A stretch of 63,767 nucleotides of DNA, filler included, from Folioceros fuciformis (Eukaryota): assembly GCA_049999805.1 (NCBI GenBank). It is 5 parts of 4 records of this genome, joined end to end, with 100 filler letters (N's around TTAATTAATTAA, not from the genome) between each part and the next. Parts side by side here need not be neighbours in the genome. Positions count along the whole stretch, not along the records: positions 60,945 to 63,767 come from JBNGIO010005688.1; 4 more parts are not named here. One strand, given 5' to 3'. Positions within the stretch are counted from its first letter, which is position 1, and every line of letters starts with the position of its first letter. Positions 63,139 to 63,767 of this stretch are shown in pieces. The notes under the pieces were generated by a model. The model made no database searches. It was not told the origin of the DNA and saw only the letters and a program-made list of their open reading frames with translations. The position numbers were made by a program, and so were the translations under genes.

Positions 63139-63767
63139 CAAGTGGGAGCTCCTGTTCCAGACAGCTATAGCTCGGAGGACAGCTCTTCAAAAGATGGGGG
63201 CGATTTCTTAGTTGGCCAGCTGCCGGTTCCTTTACCTGCAGCACCTGTGGTCCCTGCACCGACTATACCTGGCCAGATACTTGGTATGCGAGAGCAAGCT
63301 AGCCGGGCCGATGGTGGTGAATCGAGCCCAAAAACCAAGACAGGCATGGATCTGGTGGGAGGCCTGGCGGATCAGACAGGATCAGCCAGGAAGTGGCCTG
63401 CCTGCAGCTGAAGATGGCCAGGCAGGCAGCCAGGCCATTTTGGCAGTGCATGCCGCGGCCGGGCTAATCGGAGTTGGAGGCCAGAAGAGTGAGCCAAATG
63501 CAGGCCGAGGTTGGATCCGGAAGCCAGCCGCCTTGTCGGCTAGCCTGGCTTCTAGGCAGCTGGATTCAGTAGGCAACCAGCCTGGCCGGCTGGTTGCCTG
63601 GCTCAATCTGCCAGGCGGTTGGTAGTAGCGGCTGGGGGGGGTTGGCTAGTGGACTTGAGTGATTTGGCTGGATCAGGTGGTGGCTGATCGATTGGTGGGC
63701 CGGATCTGGCCATACGTCTATGACGGCGTAGTGTTTCGTTTCACCCTAAACCTAAAACTATATATAT

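Overview
This is streptophyte plant nuclear DNA, probably from a non-seed land plant (inferred). It is not one locus: five scaffolds are joined by artificial 100-nt N/TTAATTAATTAA/N spacers (18093-18192, 38717-38816, 55101-55200, 60845-60944). Four scaffolds are nested-transposon territory. They hold two LTR-to-LTR Ty1/Copia elements (2059-8370, 21850-28369), four partial Copias, Gypsy-type gag/protease relics and a CACTA transposase relic. One scaffold (38817-55100) is genic, with a plastid arogenate dehydrogenase (8 exons), DSS1/SEM1 (2 exons) and a SelH-like CxxC protein (4 exons). Four observations stand out. (1) There are two divergent, decayed Dnmt3-like C5 cytosine methyltransferase frames with an unusual G[W/R]ECQG motif IV. 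One lies directly downstream of retropepsin-like sequence; the other is split in frame by a Copia insertion. This points to DNMT-carrying LTR retrotransposons. (2) Two copies of a 4.1-4.8 kb element with TG...CA-type ends and 5-bp TSDs lack gag/pol but carry one long decayed ORF of about 850 codons, which fits a giant protein-coding solo LTR. (3) A short-LTR Copia lineage carries an extra upstream coiled-coil ORF. (4) One copy of that lineage has an antisense ORF starting MARTKQ, like histone H3. All calls come from reading motifs by eye; no searches were run.
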